Notes: generated from the letters alone by a model not told the origin. A stretch of 64,000 nucleotides of DNA from Candidatus Parcubacteria bacterium (GCA_041168925.1 JBEEJY010000006.1:2859-66858), one strand, 5' to 3'. Counted from the first letter of the stretch, positions 50,990-61,509 are shown. Made by a program: numbers and translations.

Positions 50990-51585
50990 AGATCGAGAAC
51001 ACGCTGCACAGCGGTCGCTTCGATATGGAACGTCGTGACGGCCGAGGAACCGGCGGCACCTGCGCTTCCCCGTATCACAATGACGACTTTGGGCTGAACG
51101 GTGTCCGTCTTTTGCGTGCCGACCACATAGAATTGCATGTCGTCGATCGTGACTTCTGGAGCGGTAATCGCCACCGCGGTCTGATTGTTTTCGGATTTCT
51201 CAATTTGATGCGTCGAGCTATTGAAACTGTAGGTCCATTTCTGCGAACCGCAGCTTCCCGACAAGCAATACGGACGAAATGAAAGGGTGGCCGATCCGTG
51301 CGAGCAATCCGTCGCATACTCGCTCGAGTGATTGTTGCAGTTTATGGATGCGTCGTAGTTGCTACCCATGCGGATCGAGCGCACCAGGCCGTCGAGGGTG
51401 ATGTTCAGGTTGTTCATGACGGACTGCAGCGCGTGAGCCTTGCGATTCGCATTGACGAGAGCCAGAAGCGTGCTTACGCATACGAGTATGACGACCGCGA
51501 ACAATGCGATGGCGACGATCATCTCAACGAGCGTGAAGCCACTCGAGCCATTTTTTATTTTCTTTCGCGACGTCTCGTTTCTCAT
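50986..51585 (-). CDS. PilW/PulJ-like minor pilin
   Basis: G|FTLVEMIVAIALF; start placed at 51585. Confidence 0.85.
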   Translation of the reverse strand: MRNETSRKKIKNGSSGFTLVEMIVAIALFAVVILVCVSTLLALVNANRKAHALQSVMNNLNITLDGLVRSIRMGSNYDASINCNNHSSEYATDCSHGSATLSFRPYCLSGSCGSQKWTYSFNSSTHQIEKSENNQTAVAITAPEVTIDDMQFYVVGTQKTDTVQPKVVIVIRGSAGAAGSSAVTTFHIEATAVQRVLDL

Positions 51586-51589
51586 GGCG

Positions 51590-52258
51590 CTACGAACTGG
51601 TACGGCGTACCGAGATTTGGCCGTTAGCCTCGACGACGATGTCCATGCGCTCTCCTCGAGGAGAGACCACGGTGATGCGCAGGGCTCTCTGACAGAGACT
51701 GGTGTCGACCACGCAGGAGGCTCCCGCATTACTGATCCACGCATCAGGTTCGGGACGCACGAAAATAACATCCACGCTGCCGACGCCGCAAATCTCGCTT
51801 GCCCCGGTTTGGGGCGGCGTGACGCAGAGATCCGAAATTTTGTATCCTTGCGCGATGGTCGTTTGCTGTACGATTTCACTCGCATTCTGCGCCGGATCGA
51901 ATATGCCCGTCCCGGCCGAGTCGGCAAACAGAACATAGGTATTCGGGCTCGAAAGCGCGAAGTGCATGCCGTACCCCGCGCTGAATGTTGATGAGCCGAA
52001 GCGCTGTACCGATATTCCGTACACCTGCGCTTGGCGGATGGAAAGACCGATGTCGTAGGCAAGACTCTCGAGCTGGACGATGCCTCCGAAGCGGTTGTTG
52101 TTCGCAAGAACGACGCTCGTCACGACGACGATGATGGCCGTTACGACAAGAAGTTCCACCAGCGTAAAACCCCGAGTACCTCTCACTGGAGCGGAAACAG
52201 ACGGGCGAGCAAATCGAAACCGTACAACATTGAGTACCAAAGAATGAAGCAGCTGCAT
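51590..52258 (-). CDS. FimT/GspH-like minor pilin
   Basis: G|FTLVELLVVTAII; SIRQAQVYG; YGMHF; GQISV C-terminus; start uncertain. Confidence 0.82.
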   Translation of the reverse strand: MQLLHSLVLNVVRFRFARPSVSAPVRGTRGFTLVELLVVTAIIVVVTSVVLANNNRFGGIVQLESLAYDIGLSIRQAQVYGISVQRFGSSTFSAGYGMHFALSSPNTYVLFADSAGTGIFDPAQNASEIVQQTTIAQGYKISDLCVTPPQTGASEICGVGSVDVIFVRPEPDAWISNAGASCVVDTSLCQRALRITVVSPRGERMDIVVEANGQISVRRTSS

Positions 52259-53034
52259 ATGAGAAAAGGCCCGAATGGGATCTCGCTTTTCATTGTAAAC
52301 CCCGGCCCGTCGTTCGAAATGGCTTTTCCCCACGGTGAGACGGGGAGCGGGATATCTCGCATAAATGAACGCCAGCGTTCTGATGAGACGACCAGCAAGG
52401 GTATGCTTACGACGCCCCCGATTATGAATGCAAGGACGATCGACGCAAGGCCATGCACCGGACCAAGCAGCCAACCGATCCCGAGAGCGAGCTTCACGTC
52501 GCCAAATCCCATCCAAGCGCCGCGGGAAAACATCCAGAGCGCGAAGAGCGGCAGCGCCGAGAGCGGGCCGGCGAGGAGGTACGGGAGCATTGATTGGTCG
52601 GATTGCAATAGTGCGCCAAACGGAGGAAAAATAGAGAGAAACGCGAGCGCGTCGAAAGTGTATACCCATGCGTCGGGAATGATCGTATGATACAGATCAT
52701 AGACGGCGATCGCGATGAGAAGCGCCGCGATGGCGCAGAAGATCGCTCGATACTCGTATCCGGGAAAGGGGGCGCCCCCGATCAGCGCGAACGCGACGGC
52801 AGTGAAGAGTTCGACGAGCGGATACTGGATCGATATCCTTTCTTTGCAGCCGCCGCAACGGCCGCGCAAGAAGATCCACGAGAACACCGGTATCATTTCG
52901 TACCACCGCAACTGGCGGGCGCAGCGGGGACACTGGCTCCTGCCACGCAACGTGCGCGCGTCGTATCGCAAGATAAGCACGTTGAGAAAGCTGCCGATGA
53001 TGAGACCGAAAAGGCCGAACACGAGCGCGATCAC
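52183..53034 (-). CDS. pilD: Prepilin peptidase
   Basis: GSFLNVLILR, RSQCPRC...GRCGGC, YPLVE, MGFGDVKL, IPFGPFL; GTG start behind TATACT. Confidence 0.95.
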   Translation of the reverse strand: MIALVFGLFGLIIGSFLNVLILRYDARTLRGRSQCPRCARQLRWYEMIPVFSWIFLRGRCGGCKERISIQYPLVELFTAVAFALIGGAPFPGYEYRAIFCAIAALLIAIAVYDLYHTIIPDAWVYTFDALAFLSIFPPFGALLQSDQSMLPYLLAGPLSALPLFALWMFSRGAWMGFGDVKLALGIGWLLGPVHGLASIVLAFIIGGVVSIPLLVVSSERWRSFMRDIPLPVSPWGKAISNDGPGFTMKSEIPFGPFLICSCFILWYSMLYGFDLLARLFPLQ

Positions 53035-53050
53035 GATATGAGTATACCCG

Positions 53051-53076
53051 AAAAACCCGCCGTTCGGCGGGTTTTT
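53051..53076 (-). terminator. Intrinsic (bidirectional) terminator after the major pilin
   Basis: AAAAACCCGCC-GTTC-GGCGGGTTTTT. Confidence 0.85.
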
Positions 53077-53094
53077 ATCACTTTTCAAACTGAA

Positions 53095-53595
53095 TCACGG
53101 TTTGACGCAGTAGACGACCTCGCTCGATAAGCCCGCGTTCGCGCTGCAATCGGTCGCTGAACCGTTGATCGTGATCGCTTGGGCCGCATCGCTATCACTC
53201 GACAGAGCGCTGTGGCCCGCAGTCTCAAGAATCGCGCCGAGCGCATAGCTCGAACAGATCGTGGCGCTGTTGTCGCAGCTGGCCGGAAGCGCCACAAAGC
53301 CGTATGAATTGCTTCCGCCGCTCGGATCGTTCGGAATCGTGGAAATGTAGCCAGGGGTAACGAGGTTCGCGGTGGTAACACCGGCGGCGAACGTGCCGCC
53401 CGAAGGATACTTGCCATTCGCATCGTAGTAGAGCTCGAGCGCGAGCTGGAGTTGCTTGATGTCCGCGACGCGTCGGGCGTCACGGCCCTTTTTTCGAGCA
53501 CTGTTGAGTGATGCGAGGACAATCGATGAAAGAATCCCTATGATGGCGATGACCACCAGAAGCTCGATAAGGGTGAAGCCGCGTCGTGTATTCAT
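53095..53595 (-). CDS. pilA: Type IV major pilin / GspG-like prepilin
   Basis: RRG|FTLIELLVVIAIIGILSS...ARDARRVAD-like, LELYYDANGKYP, PNDP; has its own TATAAT and terminator. Confidence 0.88.
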   Translation of the reverse strand: MNTRRGFTLIELLVVIAIIGILSSIVLASLNSARKKGRDARRVADIKQLQLALELYYDANGKYPSGGTFAAGVTTANLVTPGYISTIPNDPSGGSNSYGFVALPASCDNSATICSSYALGAILETAGHSALSSDSDAAQAITINGSATDCSANAGLSSEVVYCVKP

Positions 53596-53649
53596 ATGGG
53601 CTCATTATACTGTAGTCGCGCTCCCCTGTCGCCCCTCTGTGGATATCCG

Positions 53650-54858
53650 CTAGAAGGATGAGGCGATGTTATAAATCGGAAGCAAGACAGACGCAAGAAG
53701 GACGGCGACGCCGACTGCCAGAACGACGATCATGAGGGGCTCGATCAAACTGACGAGCGTGTCCACCGCGTTGTTGACCTCGCGGCGATAGAATCGCGCC
53801 ATCGTCTCGAGAATGGTGCCCATGTTGCCCGTTTCTTCGCCGATCTTGATCATAGCAACGACGATGCCGGGAATTTCCGTATGTTTGCGCAGCGCCTCCG
53901 AAAGCGGCAGCCCGCCCTTCACATCGTTCGCCGCTTCCGCGAGGATTTTCTCGTAGACCGCATCGCCGACGACCGAGCCGGTAATCTCGAGACCGCGCAG
54001 GATTTGGATTCCGCTTTTGAGCATGGTCGAAAGGTTGTCGGAGACGCGCGAAAGGAATATCTTTTTATAGATATTGCCGACTGCGGGCATCTCAAGCCGC
54101 GCCCGGGAAAGCATCTCCCGCCCGCGCTCCGTGCGCGAGAATCGGAAAAGGAACCCGACGCCGACAACGAGCAGGATGATGATAAGCAGGATGTAATGCG
54201 CCACGAATGACGACATGGCGATGACGACCTTGGTGTAGATCGGGATATCTTGTCCGACTTCCGCCAACATGTCCGCGAGTTTCGGAATGACGAGCGTCAT
54301 CATGAGCGTCATCACGACAAGAAATGTAAGAATGATGAACGCGGGATACACGAGTGCATTGCGGGCTTTTTGCGTGATCTCGTAGTTGCGATCGAGATAG
54401 TCCGCGAGAAAGGAGAAGGTCTCGTCGAGCTTGCCCGATTCTTCCCCGGCGCGCACCATGTTGACGTAAAAGGCGGAAAACACCTCCGGGTGCCGCGCGA
54501 GCGCCGCGGAGATCGAGCTGCCGCTTTGAAGGTCGTTGGCGACGGCGGTCAGCTTATCGGCGAGCGCAGGCGTGCGCGCTTCCGCCGCAAGGAGCCGAAA
54601 GGCGCGCAGCGCCGACACCTGCGCTTCAAAGAGCGTCGTGATCTGGCGCGAAAGCATGACGATGTCGGCGTTGGTCACGCGGTCGAAAAGCGCGAGGCGC
54701 CGCCCGAGCATCGAGGCGCTCTCGGATGGATCGATACCGGAAATGATGAGGCCGCGGCGCTGCAGTGCGCCGATCGCGACGTCCATGTTGACCGCATCAA
54801 TCGTGCCGTGCCGCTCGTTTCCGTCGACATCGAGCGCGGTGTATTTGAAAAGACTCAT
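53650..54858 (-). CDS. pilC: Type IV pilus platform protein PilC (GspF family)
   Basis: AGEESGKLD, ALVYP, IGEETG, LIEP, LLPIY. Confidence 0.95.
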   Translation of the reverse strand: MSLFKYTALDVDGNERHGTIDAVNMDVAIGALQRRGLIISGIDPSESASMLGRRLALFDRVTNADIVMLSRQITTLFEAQVSALRAFRLLAAEARTPALADKLTAVANDLQSGSSISAALARHPEVFSAFYVNMVRAGEESGKLDETFSFLADYLDRNYEITQKARNALVYPAFIILTFLVVMTLMMTLVIPKLADMLAEVGQDIPIYTKVVIAMSSFVAHYILLIIILLVVGVGFLFRFSRTERGREMLSRARLEMPAVGNIYKKIFLSRVSDNLSTMLKSGIQILRGLEITGSVVGDAVYEKILAEAANDVKGGLPLSEALRKHTEIPGIVVAMIKIGEETGNMGTILETMARFYRREVNNAVDTLVSLIEPLMIVVLAVGVAVLLASVLLPIYNIASSF

Positions 54859-54874
54859 ACCTCAACCGCGAAGA

Positions 54875-55939
54875 TCATAGCAATTTCTGCAGCACCGCAG
54901 GATTGAGCGAGTATTCGTAGGCCGTTTCGGGAGTGATCTCTCCGCGCGCGACGAGCTCAGCGAGCGAACGGTTCATGTCGATCATGCCTTCGGTCGACCC
55001 GGTCTCGATAACGGTATTTATCTCGTGCGTACGCTTCTCCCGGATCAGGTTCGAGACCGCTTTGTTGTTGATGAGAAGCTCGTACGCGGGAATGAGACCG
55101 CCGGAAATGCGCGGCAAGAGACGCTGTGAAAAAATGCCGGCAAGCGAGGCGGCGAGTTGCAGTCGGATCTGGTCTTGCTGCGAACCCGGAAAAGTATCTA
55201 TGACGCGATCGATCGTCTGGGCCGCGTTGTTGGTGTGCAAGGTCGAAAAGACGAGATGGCCGGTTTCGGCGGCCGTCACGGCGGCCGACATCGTTTCCGG
55301 TCCCCGCATTTCCCCGACCAGAAGCACGTCGACATCCTCGCGAAACGCCGAGACGAGCGCCGAGGCGAAATCTTTGGTGTCGATCCCGACCTCGCGCTGA
55401 TCAATGAGGCTTTGCTTCGGTTCGAAAATATACTCGATCGGATCCTCTATCGTGATGATGTGCTCCATGCGCTCCGTATTGATGAGTTCGATCAGCGAAG
55501 CGAGCGTCGTCGTTTTCCCCTGTCCGACCGGCCCGACGACGAGAAAAAACCCTTGCGATTTGCGCGCGAAGGATTGCAGCACTTCCGGCAGATTGAGTTC
55601 CTGCACCGTTCGAATCGTCTTCGGGATGAGTCGAAGCGCGATGCCGACCGCTCCGCGCTGGAAAAAGGCGTTGCCGCGAAACCGCGTGCTGTCGGCGCTC
55701 TCGAAGGCGAAGTCGAATTCTTGGCGCTCCTCGAAGCGCTTCTCCTGTTCCGGCGTCAGAAGCGCTTTCAGAAACCCGCGCGTGTCTTCCGGCGTCAAGA
55801 CGGGCTCTTTGAGCATCGGCGTCAAGTTGCCCGCGACGCGAATCGTCGGGTGCGCGCCGGTCGAGAAATGCATATCGCTTCCGCCTTCATGGGCGACGAC
55901 ATTGATGTATTTTTTCAGTAATGCGGGATAATCGTTCAT
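54875..55939 (-). CDS. pilT: Type IV pilus retraction ATPase PilT
   Basis: SDMH, GPVGQGKTTT, TIEDPIE, QREVG, AETGHLVFSTLHT, NLIRE. Confidence 0.95.
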   Translation of the reverse strand: MNDYPALLKKYINVVAHEGGSDMHFSTGAHPTIRVAGNLTPMLKEPVLTPEDTRGFLKALLTPEQEKRFEERQEFDFAFESADSTRFRGNAFFQRGAVGIALRLIPKTIRTVQELNLPEVLQSFARKSQGFFLVVGPVGQGKTTTLASLIELINTERMEHIITIEDPIEYIFEPKQSLIDQREVGIDTKDFASALVSAFREDVDVLLVGEMRGPETMSAAVTAAETGHLVFSTLHTNNAAQTIDRVIDTFPGSQQDQIRLQLAASLAGIFSQRLLPRISGGLIPAYELLINNKAVSNLIREKRTHEINTVIETGSTEGMIDMNRSLAELVARGEITPETAYEYSLNPAVLQKLL

Positions 55940-55951
55940 AGATGAATACTA

Positions 55952-56359
55952 TCAGCCCGCGCGGCCGCGTTTTTGCAGCGCGTCGGAAACCGTGTTGACA
56001 ACTTCCGAGGGGATCATGCTCGCTTTCACGATGTATTGGGACGCGCCGAGATCGGTCGCTTGCTTGCGCTCGTTGTCGTCACTCTGATTGGTGAGCGAGA
56101 TCTTGAGCGCGTCCTCGGCGAGGTGCTCGTCTTTGATCGCTTTCAAAAAAGCGAAACCGTCGAGCTCCGGCATGGTGAGGTCGAAAAGAATGACATCCGG
56201 CTTGAAACCGCCGCGCAGCACGCGGAGCGCCTCATTTCCCGAAATACACGCCTCGACGACGAACCCCGCCTGGGCGAACTTGAGACCGTACATGTTGAGC
56301 AGGAACTTATCGTCATCGAGTAGGAGCACGCTTCCCTTCTGTGCGGTCGCGTCGCTCAT
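55952..56359 (-). CDS. Single-domain response regulator (CheY-like)
   Basis: LLDDD, DVILFDLTMPELDG, LTN, YIVK. Confidence 0.92.
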   Translation of the reverse strand: MSDATAQKGSVLLLDDDKFLLNMYGLKFAQAGFVVEACISGNEALRVLRGGFKPDVILFDLTMPELDGFAFLKAIKDEHLAEDALKISLTNQSDDNERKQATDLGASQYIVKASMIPSEVVNTVSDALQKRGRAG

Positions 56360-58062
56360 ACGGTGTTATCTTGCGCGGCTTCTTGACTCGCGGGAGGGCT
56401 CTCAGCGCTTTCTTCGCCGCCCATGAGGAGGGTCGAGAGCGTGCTCACCTCGGAAAACGGAACTAATTTGGCGAAGGCTTTTTGCATGGCGTCTTCCTGC
56501 ATGGTGAGCATCCCCTGTTTGCGCGCGGCCTCCCAGAGTCTTGATTCGACTGGATTATCGAGCACGATGCGCTCGATGTCGGACGACATTTCGAGCACTT
56601 CGAATACGGCCATGCGTCCTCGCAAACCGGTGGGACACGTCGGGGTCCGCTGCGGCTCGTACACGGTCGAGGGAATCGCGAACCGGTACTCGGACGGAAG
56701 CGTTTCAAGCTGCGCTTCGATATTTTTTTTGTCGGACGCGCTCAATGCGGTTTCTTTGGCGCCATCCGGACAAAATGTGCGGACGAGGCGCTGCGCTATC
56801 GCGAGAATAAGCACGGGCGGGATAAGATAGGGCTCGACTCCCATGTCGACGAGGCGCGGAATGACGCCGACGGCATCGTTGGTGTGGATGGTCGAGAGCA
56901 CGAGATGGCCCGTGAGCGCGGCCTGGATCGCGAGCTTGGCAGTCTCGCCGTCGCGAATCTCGCCTACCATGATGACATCCGGATCTTGACGCAGCGTCGT
57001 GCGCAACCCGGTCGCGAAGTTATAGCCGATCTCGGGATGCACTTGCGATTGGATGACGCCGTCGACATAGTATTCGATCGGATCCTCGAGCGAAAGCACG
57101 TTTTTGTGCTCGCGATCGACCTCGGTTAGCATCGAATAGAGCGTCGTCGACTTTCCGCTCCCCGTCGGGCCAGAGATGAGGATGAGGCCGTGCGGCGCGC
57201 TCGCCGCTTTGCGGATCAGTTTTACATTGCGCTCCGTCAGCCCGATCTGGTCGATCGGAATGAAACCTTGCTGGCGATCGAGGATGCGGATCACGACCTT
57301 CTCTCCGTTGTATGACGGGAAGGTAGAGACGCGGAAATCGATCTGGCGATTGTCGATCGAGGCGCTGAAGCGGCCGTCCTGCGGCTTGCGCATTTCGTCG
57401 AGACGGATCGAGGCGAGCACCTTCACGCGCGCGACGAGCGCGCGGTGCGTGTTGATCGGCAGAACGACGCTCGTGTGCAATTCTCCATCGACGCGGTAGC
57501 GCACGCGCACGCCTGACGGTTGCGGCTCGATATGCACGTCGGAGGCCTTGCCGTCGACCGCATAACGCAAAATGGTCGAAACGATCTTGATCGTCGGCGC
57601 GTCTTCCTGAATTTTCGGAGCCGTCTCCCCTGGCCCGCGCCCGATCGAAGGATCGTTGAGATCGATCGGCGCCGCTTCGGCATTCTCGCGAAGTTTTGTT
57701 TTATTGCCGCCTTGTTCTGTTTCAAGATCGCTCACGGCCCGCTGCACTTCCCCGCCCAGACCGCGGTACATGCCGAGCACGCGGTCAAAATCCTCTCGCG
57801 AGATCTGAAAGATTTTGAACGGCATGCCCGATGTGCGCGCGATGAAGTTGAGCGCATCCACGGCCTGAATGTCGTCCGGATCAACCATCCCGACTTCAAG
57901 CACCCCTTCGGCAACGCCGATCGGGACAATGCGGTAGTGCGTCGCCGATTCTTCCGGAATGTATCGAAGCGTCTCGAACGGGATCTTCGTATCGGCGACC
58001 GGGCGCAGGGGGGTGCTTGGAGGAGATACCGGGGCGCTCGCCGCAACTGTCTGCTGAGGCAT
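56356..58062 (-). CDS. pilB: Type IV pilus assembly ATPase PilB (GspE family)
   Basis: ASDVHIEP, RYRVDGEL, PQDGRF, GPTGSGKSTT, LRQDPDVIMVGEIRD, TGHLVLSTIH. Confidence 0.95.
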   Translation of the reverse strand: MPQQTVAASAPVSPPSTPLRPVADTKIPFETLRYIPEESATHYRIVPIGVAEGVLEVGMVDPDDIQAVDALNFIARTSGMPFKIFQISREDFDRVLGMYRGLGGEVQRAVSDLETEQGGNKTKLRENAEAAPIDLNDPSIGRGPGETAPKIQEDAPTIKIVSTILRYAVDGKASDVHIEPQPSGVRVRYRVDGELHTSVVLPINTHRALVARVKVLASIRLDEMRKPQDGRFSASIDNRQIDFRVSTFPSYNGEKVVIRILDRQQGFIPIDQIGLTERNVKLIRKAASAPHGLILISGPTGSGKSTTLYSMLTEVDREHKNVLSLEDPIEYYVDGVIQSQVHPEIGYNFATGLRTTLRQDPDVIMVGEIRDGETAKLAIQAALTGHLVLSTIHTNDAVGVIPRLVDMGVEPYLIPPVLILAIAQRLVRTFCPDGAKETALSASDKKNIEAQLETLPSEYRFAIPSTVYEPQRTPTCPTGLRGRMAVFEVLEMSSDIERIVLDNPVESRLWEAARKQGMLTMQEDAMQKAFAKLVPFSEVSTLSTLLMGGEESAESPPASQEAAQDNTV

Positions 58063-58065
58063 ATA

Positions 58066-58452
58066 TTATCGCCGAGGCGTGAATATCTGGTCGGTCTTTT
58101 TATTGTTGCTCTCGGCTGCTTGATCAGGGTTCGGAGAAGCCATGCGCGTTTCGAGCGGCGCAAAGGGATTCGGACGGCCGACCGGTTCCTGCACGATTTC
58201 CGTGGAGAAATCTTTGAGGCTCAAGAACGATGGGTCTCCAAATATCCCGCCATCGAGCTTCACCGCCCGGAGTGCAAGGAGCGTAGAGACAAGTTCCTGT
58301 TCCGACTTGCTCGTCACGCCGCCCGAAGGCGCAGAGGTCACAAGCGCGGGCTCGGGTGCCGAGGATGAGGATAGCCCATACCACGCCCCGCCCGCTACAA
58401 GCAGCGCGATCACGATAAGAAGTATTTTGTTGTGGAGAAGGCTTTGCATCAT
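58066..58452 (-). CDS. Membrane-anchored pilus accessory protein (PilP position)
   Basis: TM; F.SLKDFS...VGRPNPFAP; lies between pilO and pilB. Confidence 0.65.
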   Translation of the reverse strand: MMQSLLHNKILLIVIALLVAGGAWYGLSSSSAPEPALVTSAPSGGVTSKSEQELVSTLLALRAVKLDGGIFGDPSFLSLKDFSTEIVQEPVGRPNPFAPLETRMASPNPDQAAESNNKKTDQIFTPRR

Positions 58453-58456
58453 AGTA

Positions 58457-59074
58457 TTACTTGAGCCAGTAGGTGCGGAGCGTAATATTGTAAGCGTAGA
58501 TCGGTTCGGGTGTTTGGACCGGCTCGCCTTTCTTCCCTGCAGGAGCAGCTACTGGGGAGCGCGATTCGGGAGTGAGAGAGAGCGACGCGAGATCGACGAT
58601 GCGCAGTGACGATTCGAGATCGCTCAAGAATTGATAGAAGTTTGCATAGGTGCCGCGCGTTGAGAATGTCAGCGTGAGCGAGTCGTATTTTTGACTCGAC
58701 GCACCGATCGCTCCGATCGCGGTCTGGCTTTTCTTGTCTTGTGCGGCGGAACTCGAGATATCGACGTTTTGCAGCGAGAGTCCGTATCGATTCGCGAGAT
58801 TATCAAGATCGAGAATGAGTCGGACGTTGTCGACATGATCGGGAAGGAGTTTTTGGAGACGGTCGAGATTGGCCGGATCGAAGGCATTGAAGCGCGAGAG
58901 CAGCGTTTGTTTGAGCTGTTGCAACTCCCGCGCCTTGTCGAGCGCTGCATTGTAGCCGACGATCTCTACCTGCGAAGCCTGCACGTTATCGTACGCCGGC
59001 CGCGTGTAGAATATAAAGATGCCTCCCGCCAAGATAAGTCCGACCAGTGCGAAAAGAAGACGCGTCATACTCAA
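58457..59074 (-). CDS. pilO: Type IV pilus alignment protein PilO
   Basis: TM, coiled coil, LLPD, GTYANFYQFLSDLESSLRIVD, TYWLK. Confidence 0.85.
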   Translation of the reverse strand: MSMTRLLFALVGLILAGGIFIFYTRPAYDNVQASQVEIVGYNAALDKARELQQLKQTLLSRFNAFDPANLDRLQKLLPDHVDNVRLILDLDNLANRYGLSLQNVDISSSAAQDKKSQTAIGAIGASSQKYDSLTLTFSTRGTYANFYQFLSDLESSLRIVDLASLSLTPESRSPVAAPAGKKGEPVQTPEPIYAYNITLRTYWLK

Positions 59075-59820
59075 TTGCTGTATGTCGGCACGCGCGGGAG
59101 CGAATTGCCCTGCCCTTGCGATGGCGCGGCTGGCGATTGATTCGATTCCGGATTCTCAAACGGCGATGGAGCTGCGGGGGCTGGAGATTGCTGCGGCTGC
59201 TGCCCTTGCGGATTAGAATTCATGGCACCCGTTAAGACGGACGCGTAGTTCACCGTCCCGGGATTGACGACCGCGGTAAGATCGAAGTGCACCCCGTCTT
59301 CTTGCCGCGCGATATTCGAAAATATCGGTCCGGTGATGACGCCGTTTTTTGAAAAGATGTCCGCCTGAAGCGCAATCGCATTGACGCTTTCGGCGACTCC
59401 TGCCATTTTCACGGCCATATGCTGCACGTCGGGGGCTTCGAAATCGAGCGTCTGGAATGCGACAGTTTGCAGCGTCGCTTGTTCAAGCGCGCGAAAGAAC
59501 GCGGTCGGAGCGACATGCGCGCCGAGAATCAGATCGCCCGCATGCATGCGGTCGTCGAGACGGGTCAGCTGCTGTATGAGCGACGGTTCGAATGCGGCTT
59601 TCGCGCGCTGCAGTTGATCTACCTTTGATTTTTTCTCCGTCGTCAAGAACTGCGCATAGAGAAATACGCCGATCGCAAGCGCGACCGACGCGACAAGAAG
59701 CACGATGGCACTCAAAAGCAAGAGATCGTTGAGACCGCCTTTATGCTTCGGTTTCGCAACAGCGGTAGTAACCGCCGTGTCGTGCGGTATGAAAGATCCT
59801 GGTACGACTTTATCTGCCAT
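59071..59820 (-). CDS. PilN-like alignment protein
   Basis: TM, coiled coil, GVAESVNAIALQ; lies between pilM and pilO. Confidence 0.7.
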   Translation of the reverse strand: MADKVVPGSFIPHDTAVTTAVAKPKHKGGLNDLLLLSAIVLLVASVALAIGVFLYAQFLTTEKKSKVDQLQRAKAAFEPSLIQQLTRLDDRMHAGDLILGAHVAPTAFFRALEQATLQTVAFQTLDFEAPDVQHMAVKMAGVAESVNAIALQADIFSKNGVITGPIFSNIARQEDGVHFDLTAVVNPGTVNYASVLTGAMNSNPQGQQPQQSPAPAAPSPFENPESNQSPAAPSQGQGNSLPRVPTYSN

Positions 59821-59973
59821 ATTCTTTCATACAGAACGCGTCGCCGCGACAATGGATCGAAAATCTTTTGCGGTTCTCGTACCACAATCTAGACCGGGGT
59901 ATTTTGCAAAAATTGGCTGATGATGGAACATATATTGTTTGATCCAGGGGCATATTTCGCTGCGGAGCATAGC

Positions 59974-61119
59974 CTACGAATTTCGAAGCTTTCGGAGCGC
60001 GACGCCGACTGCGACCGCAAAACCCGGTCCGATCTCTCGCAGTACCTGCTCGAGAAACGCGGGAGCTTCCGTGCGAGAAAACGGATTCGCGATCTCGACT
60101 TCCGTCGAGAGCGAACTTCTTGCCACCTCCGAAAGTCCGGGTAGCGACGCGCCGCCCCCCGTCAGGACTACGCGCGACACATTTTTATTGTATCGCTGAC
60201 CGTAGCTCAATAGTACCCGATTCACCTCGGAAAACACGCGTGAGAGTGTGGATAGGAGCGCTTGCCTGATGCGGTCGTTCTCGTCGGGGCTATAAGCGGT
60301 CGAATCGACGAGGCCGCGTTCGCGTTTGATGCGCTCCGCTTTGTCGAACTCCCAATTGAGGGAACGCGCGAGGCCTTCCGTCATATGCTGCCCGCCCACC
60401 GAGGTGAGGTGCGAGAGACGGACGACGCCGCGCTCTACGACGTAGATTTTTGTCGTCGCGGCGCCAAAATCAACGACGAGGATCGGCGCGATTCCGTGGC
60501 CGACGGACGAGCGCACCGCACTAAAGATTTCGATCTCATAAAAATTGACTGTTAGGCCGGCGTTGGTCGCCACCGTCTGGTAACTCTGCAAAATATTGTT
60601 GTGTATCGCGACGAGCAGCACCTCTTGGCCCTTGGCTTGCATCACGGTTTTTGGCTGTATGCGATCAAAGGCGCTCTGCTCGCCTTCCTCCTTTGGGATC
60701 ACGAACCAATCGAGCGTGACCTCATTGACCGGTATCGGAATATACTTGCGCGCCTCGATCGGGATCATGCGCTTCAGCTGCTCCGGCTCGGCGTTTGGAA
60801 GATCGAGCACCGAGACGAGGCTCGACGCAAACGGGATCGAGAGTCCGCCAGAGCGTGCCGTCACGTTGGCCTCGCGCATGACATCGGTGAGCGCTTCGGC
60901 GATCTTTTCCGGGGCGAGCTTCACGGCTTTACCGATCGGCTGGCCGCCGTATGGGCCGAGCGCGATCTCGCCGTACGTTTCCAGTATCGCCGCGCCGCGC
61001 GAGGAGCGCAGCTGCACTATCTTCGCGCTCGATGCGCCGATATCGATGCCGAGCACGCTTCCCTCCGCGCTCTTCCCGAGTCCGATATTCTTAAATATAC
61101 CGCTGAGCGAGAACGCCAT
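59974..61119 (-). CDS. pilM: Type IV pilus assembly protein PilM
   Basis: GIDIGASSAK, EARKYIP, VDFGAATT, LTGGGASLPGL, ANPF, AVAVGVALR. Confidence 0.95.
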   Translation of the reverse strand: MAFSLSGIFKNIGLGKSAEGSVLGIDIGASSAKIVQLRSSRGAAILETYGEIALGPYGGQPIGKAVKLAPEKIAEALTDVMREANVTARSGGLSIPFASSLVSVLDLPNAEPEQLKRMIPIEARKYIPIPVNEVTLDWFVIPKEEGEQSAFDRIQPKTVMQAKGQEVLLVAIHNNILQSYQTVATNAGLTVNFYEIEIFSAVRSSVGHGIAPILVVDFGAATTKIYVVERGVVRLSHLTSVGGQHMTEGLARSLNWEFDKAERIKRERGLVDSTAYSPDENDRIRQALLSTLSRVFSEVNRVLLSYGQRYNKNVSRVVLTGGGASLPGLSEVARSSLSTEVEIANPFSRTEAPAFLEQVLREIGPGFAVAVGVALRKLRNS

Positions 61120-61140
61120 CCAAAAATTATACCACCTCGA

Positions 61141-61470
61141 TCATACGAGCTTGTCTATTTTTGCGGCGAGGATGAAATCACTCTCGGAAAGACCTTTGAT
61201 GGCGTGCGTCGTAAGCTCGGCGGTCGTCTTGCCCCATGAGATCTGCAGATCGGGATGATGTCCTTCTTTTTCCGCGATGTCGGCTATCTTTTTCGCGAAC
61301 GTGAAGGCCTCGGCGAAGTCTTTGAATTTGAATTCTTTCGATATCCAGCGCGCGTCGCCGGAGAGCGTCCAGCCGATTAGCTGCTTCATGAGCGCTTCCG
61401 CTTCATCGCGCGAGAGGGGCGACTGACCGCTTTTGCATGCGACGCAGTTCTTCGCGGCAAGATCTTGCAT
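61141..61470 (-). CDS. phhB: Pterin-4-alpha-carbinolamine dehydratase
   Basis: FKFKDF, EGHHPD, LTTHAIKGLSESDFILAAKID. Confidence 0.93.
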   Translation of the reverse strand: MQDLAAKNCVACKSGQSPLSRDEAEALMKQLIGWTLSGDARWISKEFKFKDFAEAFTFAKKIADIAEKEGHHPDLQISWGKTTAELTTHAIKGLSESDFILAAKIDKLV

Positions 61471-61509
61471 CGCCGAAGTGTACCACGTACGCGCGTTAGA
61501 ATTAACACG

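Noticed and set aside
50986-52107. 373-aa ORF as a long pilin, and the extended N-termini of 51590-52669, 61141-61716 and 28983-29831
   Set aside because: The extensions overlap neighbouring genes; prepilin motifs and -10 spacing place the starts downstream.
59821-59973. 153-nt spacer between pilM and pilN as an ncRNA
   Set aside because: No convincing stems or known motif by eye.
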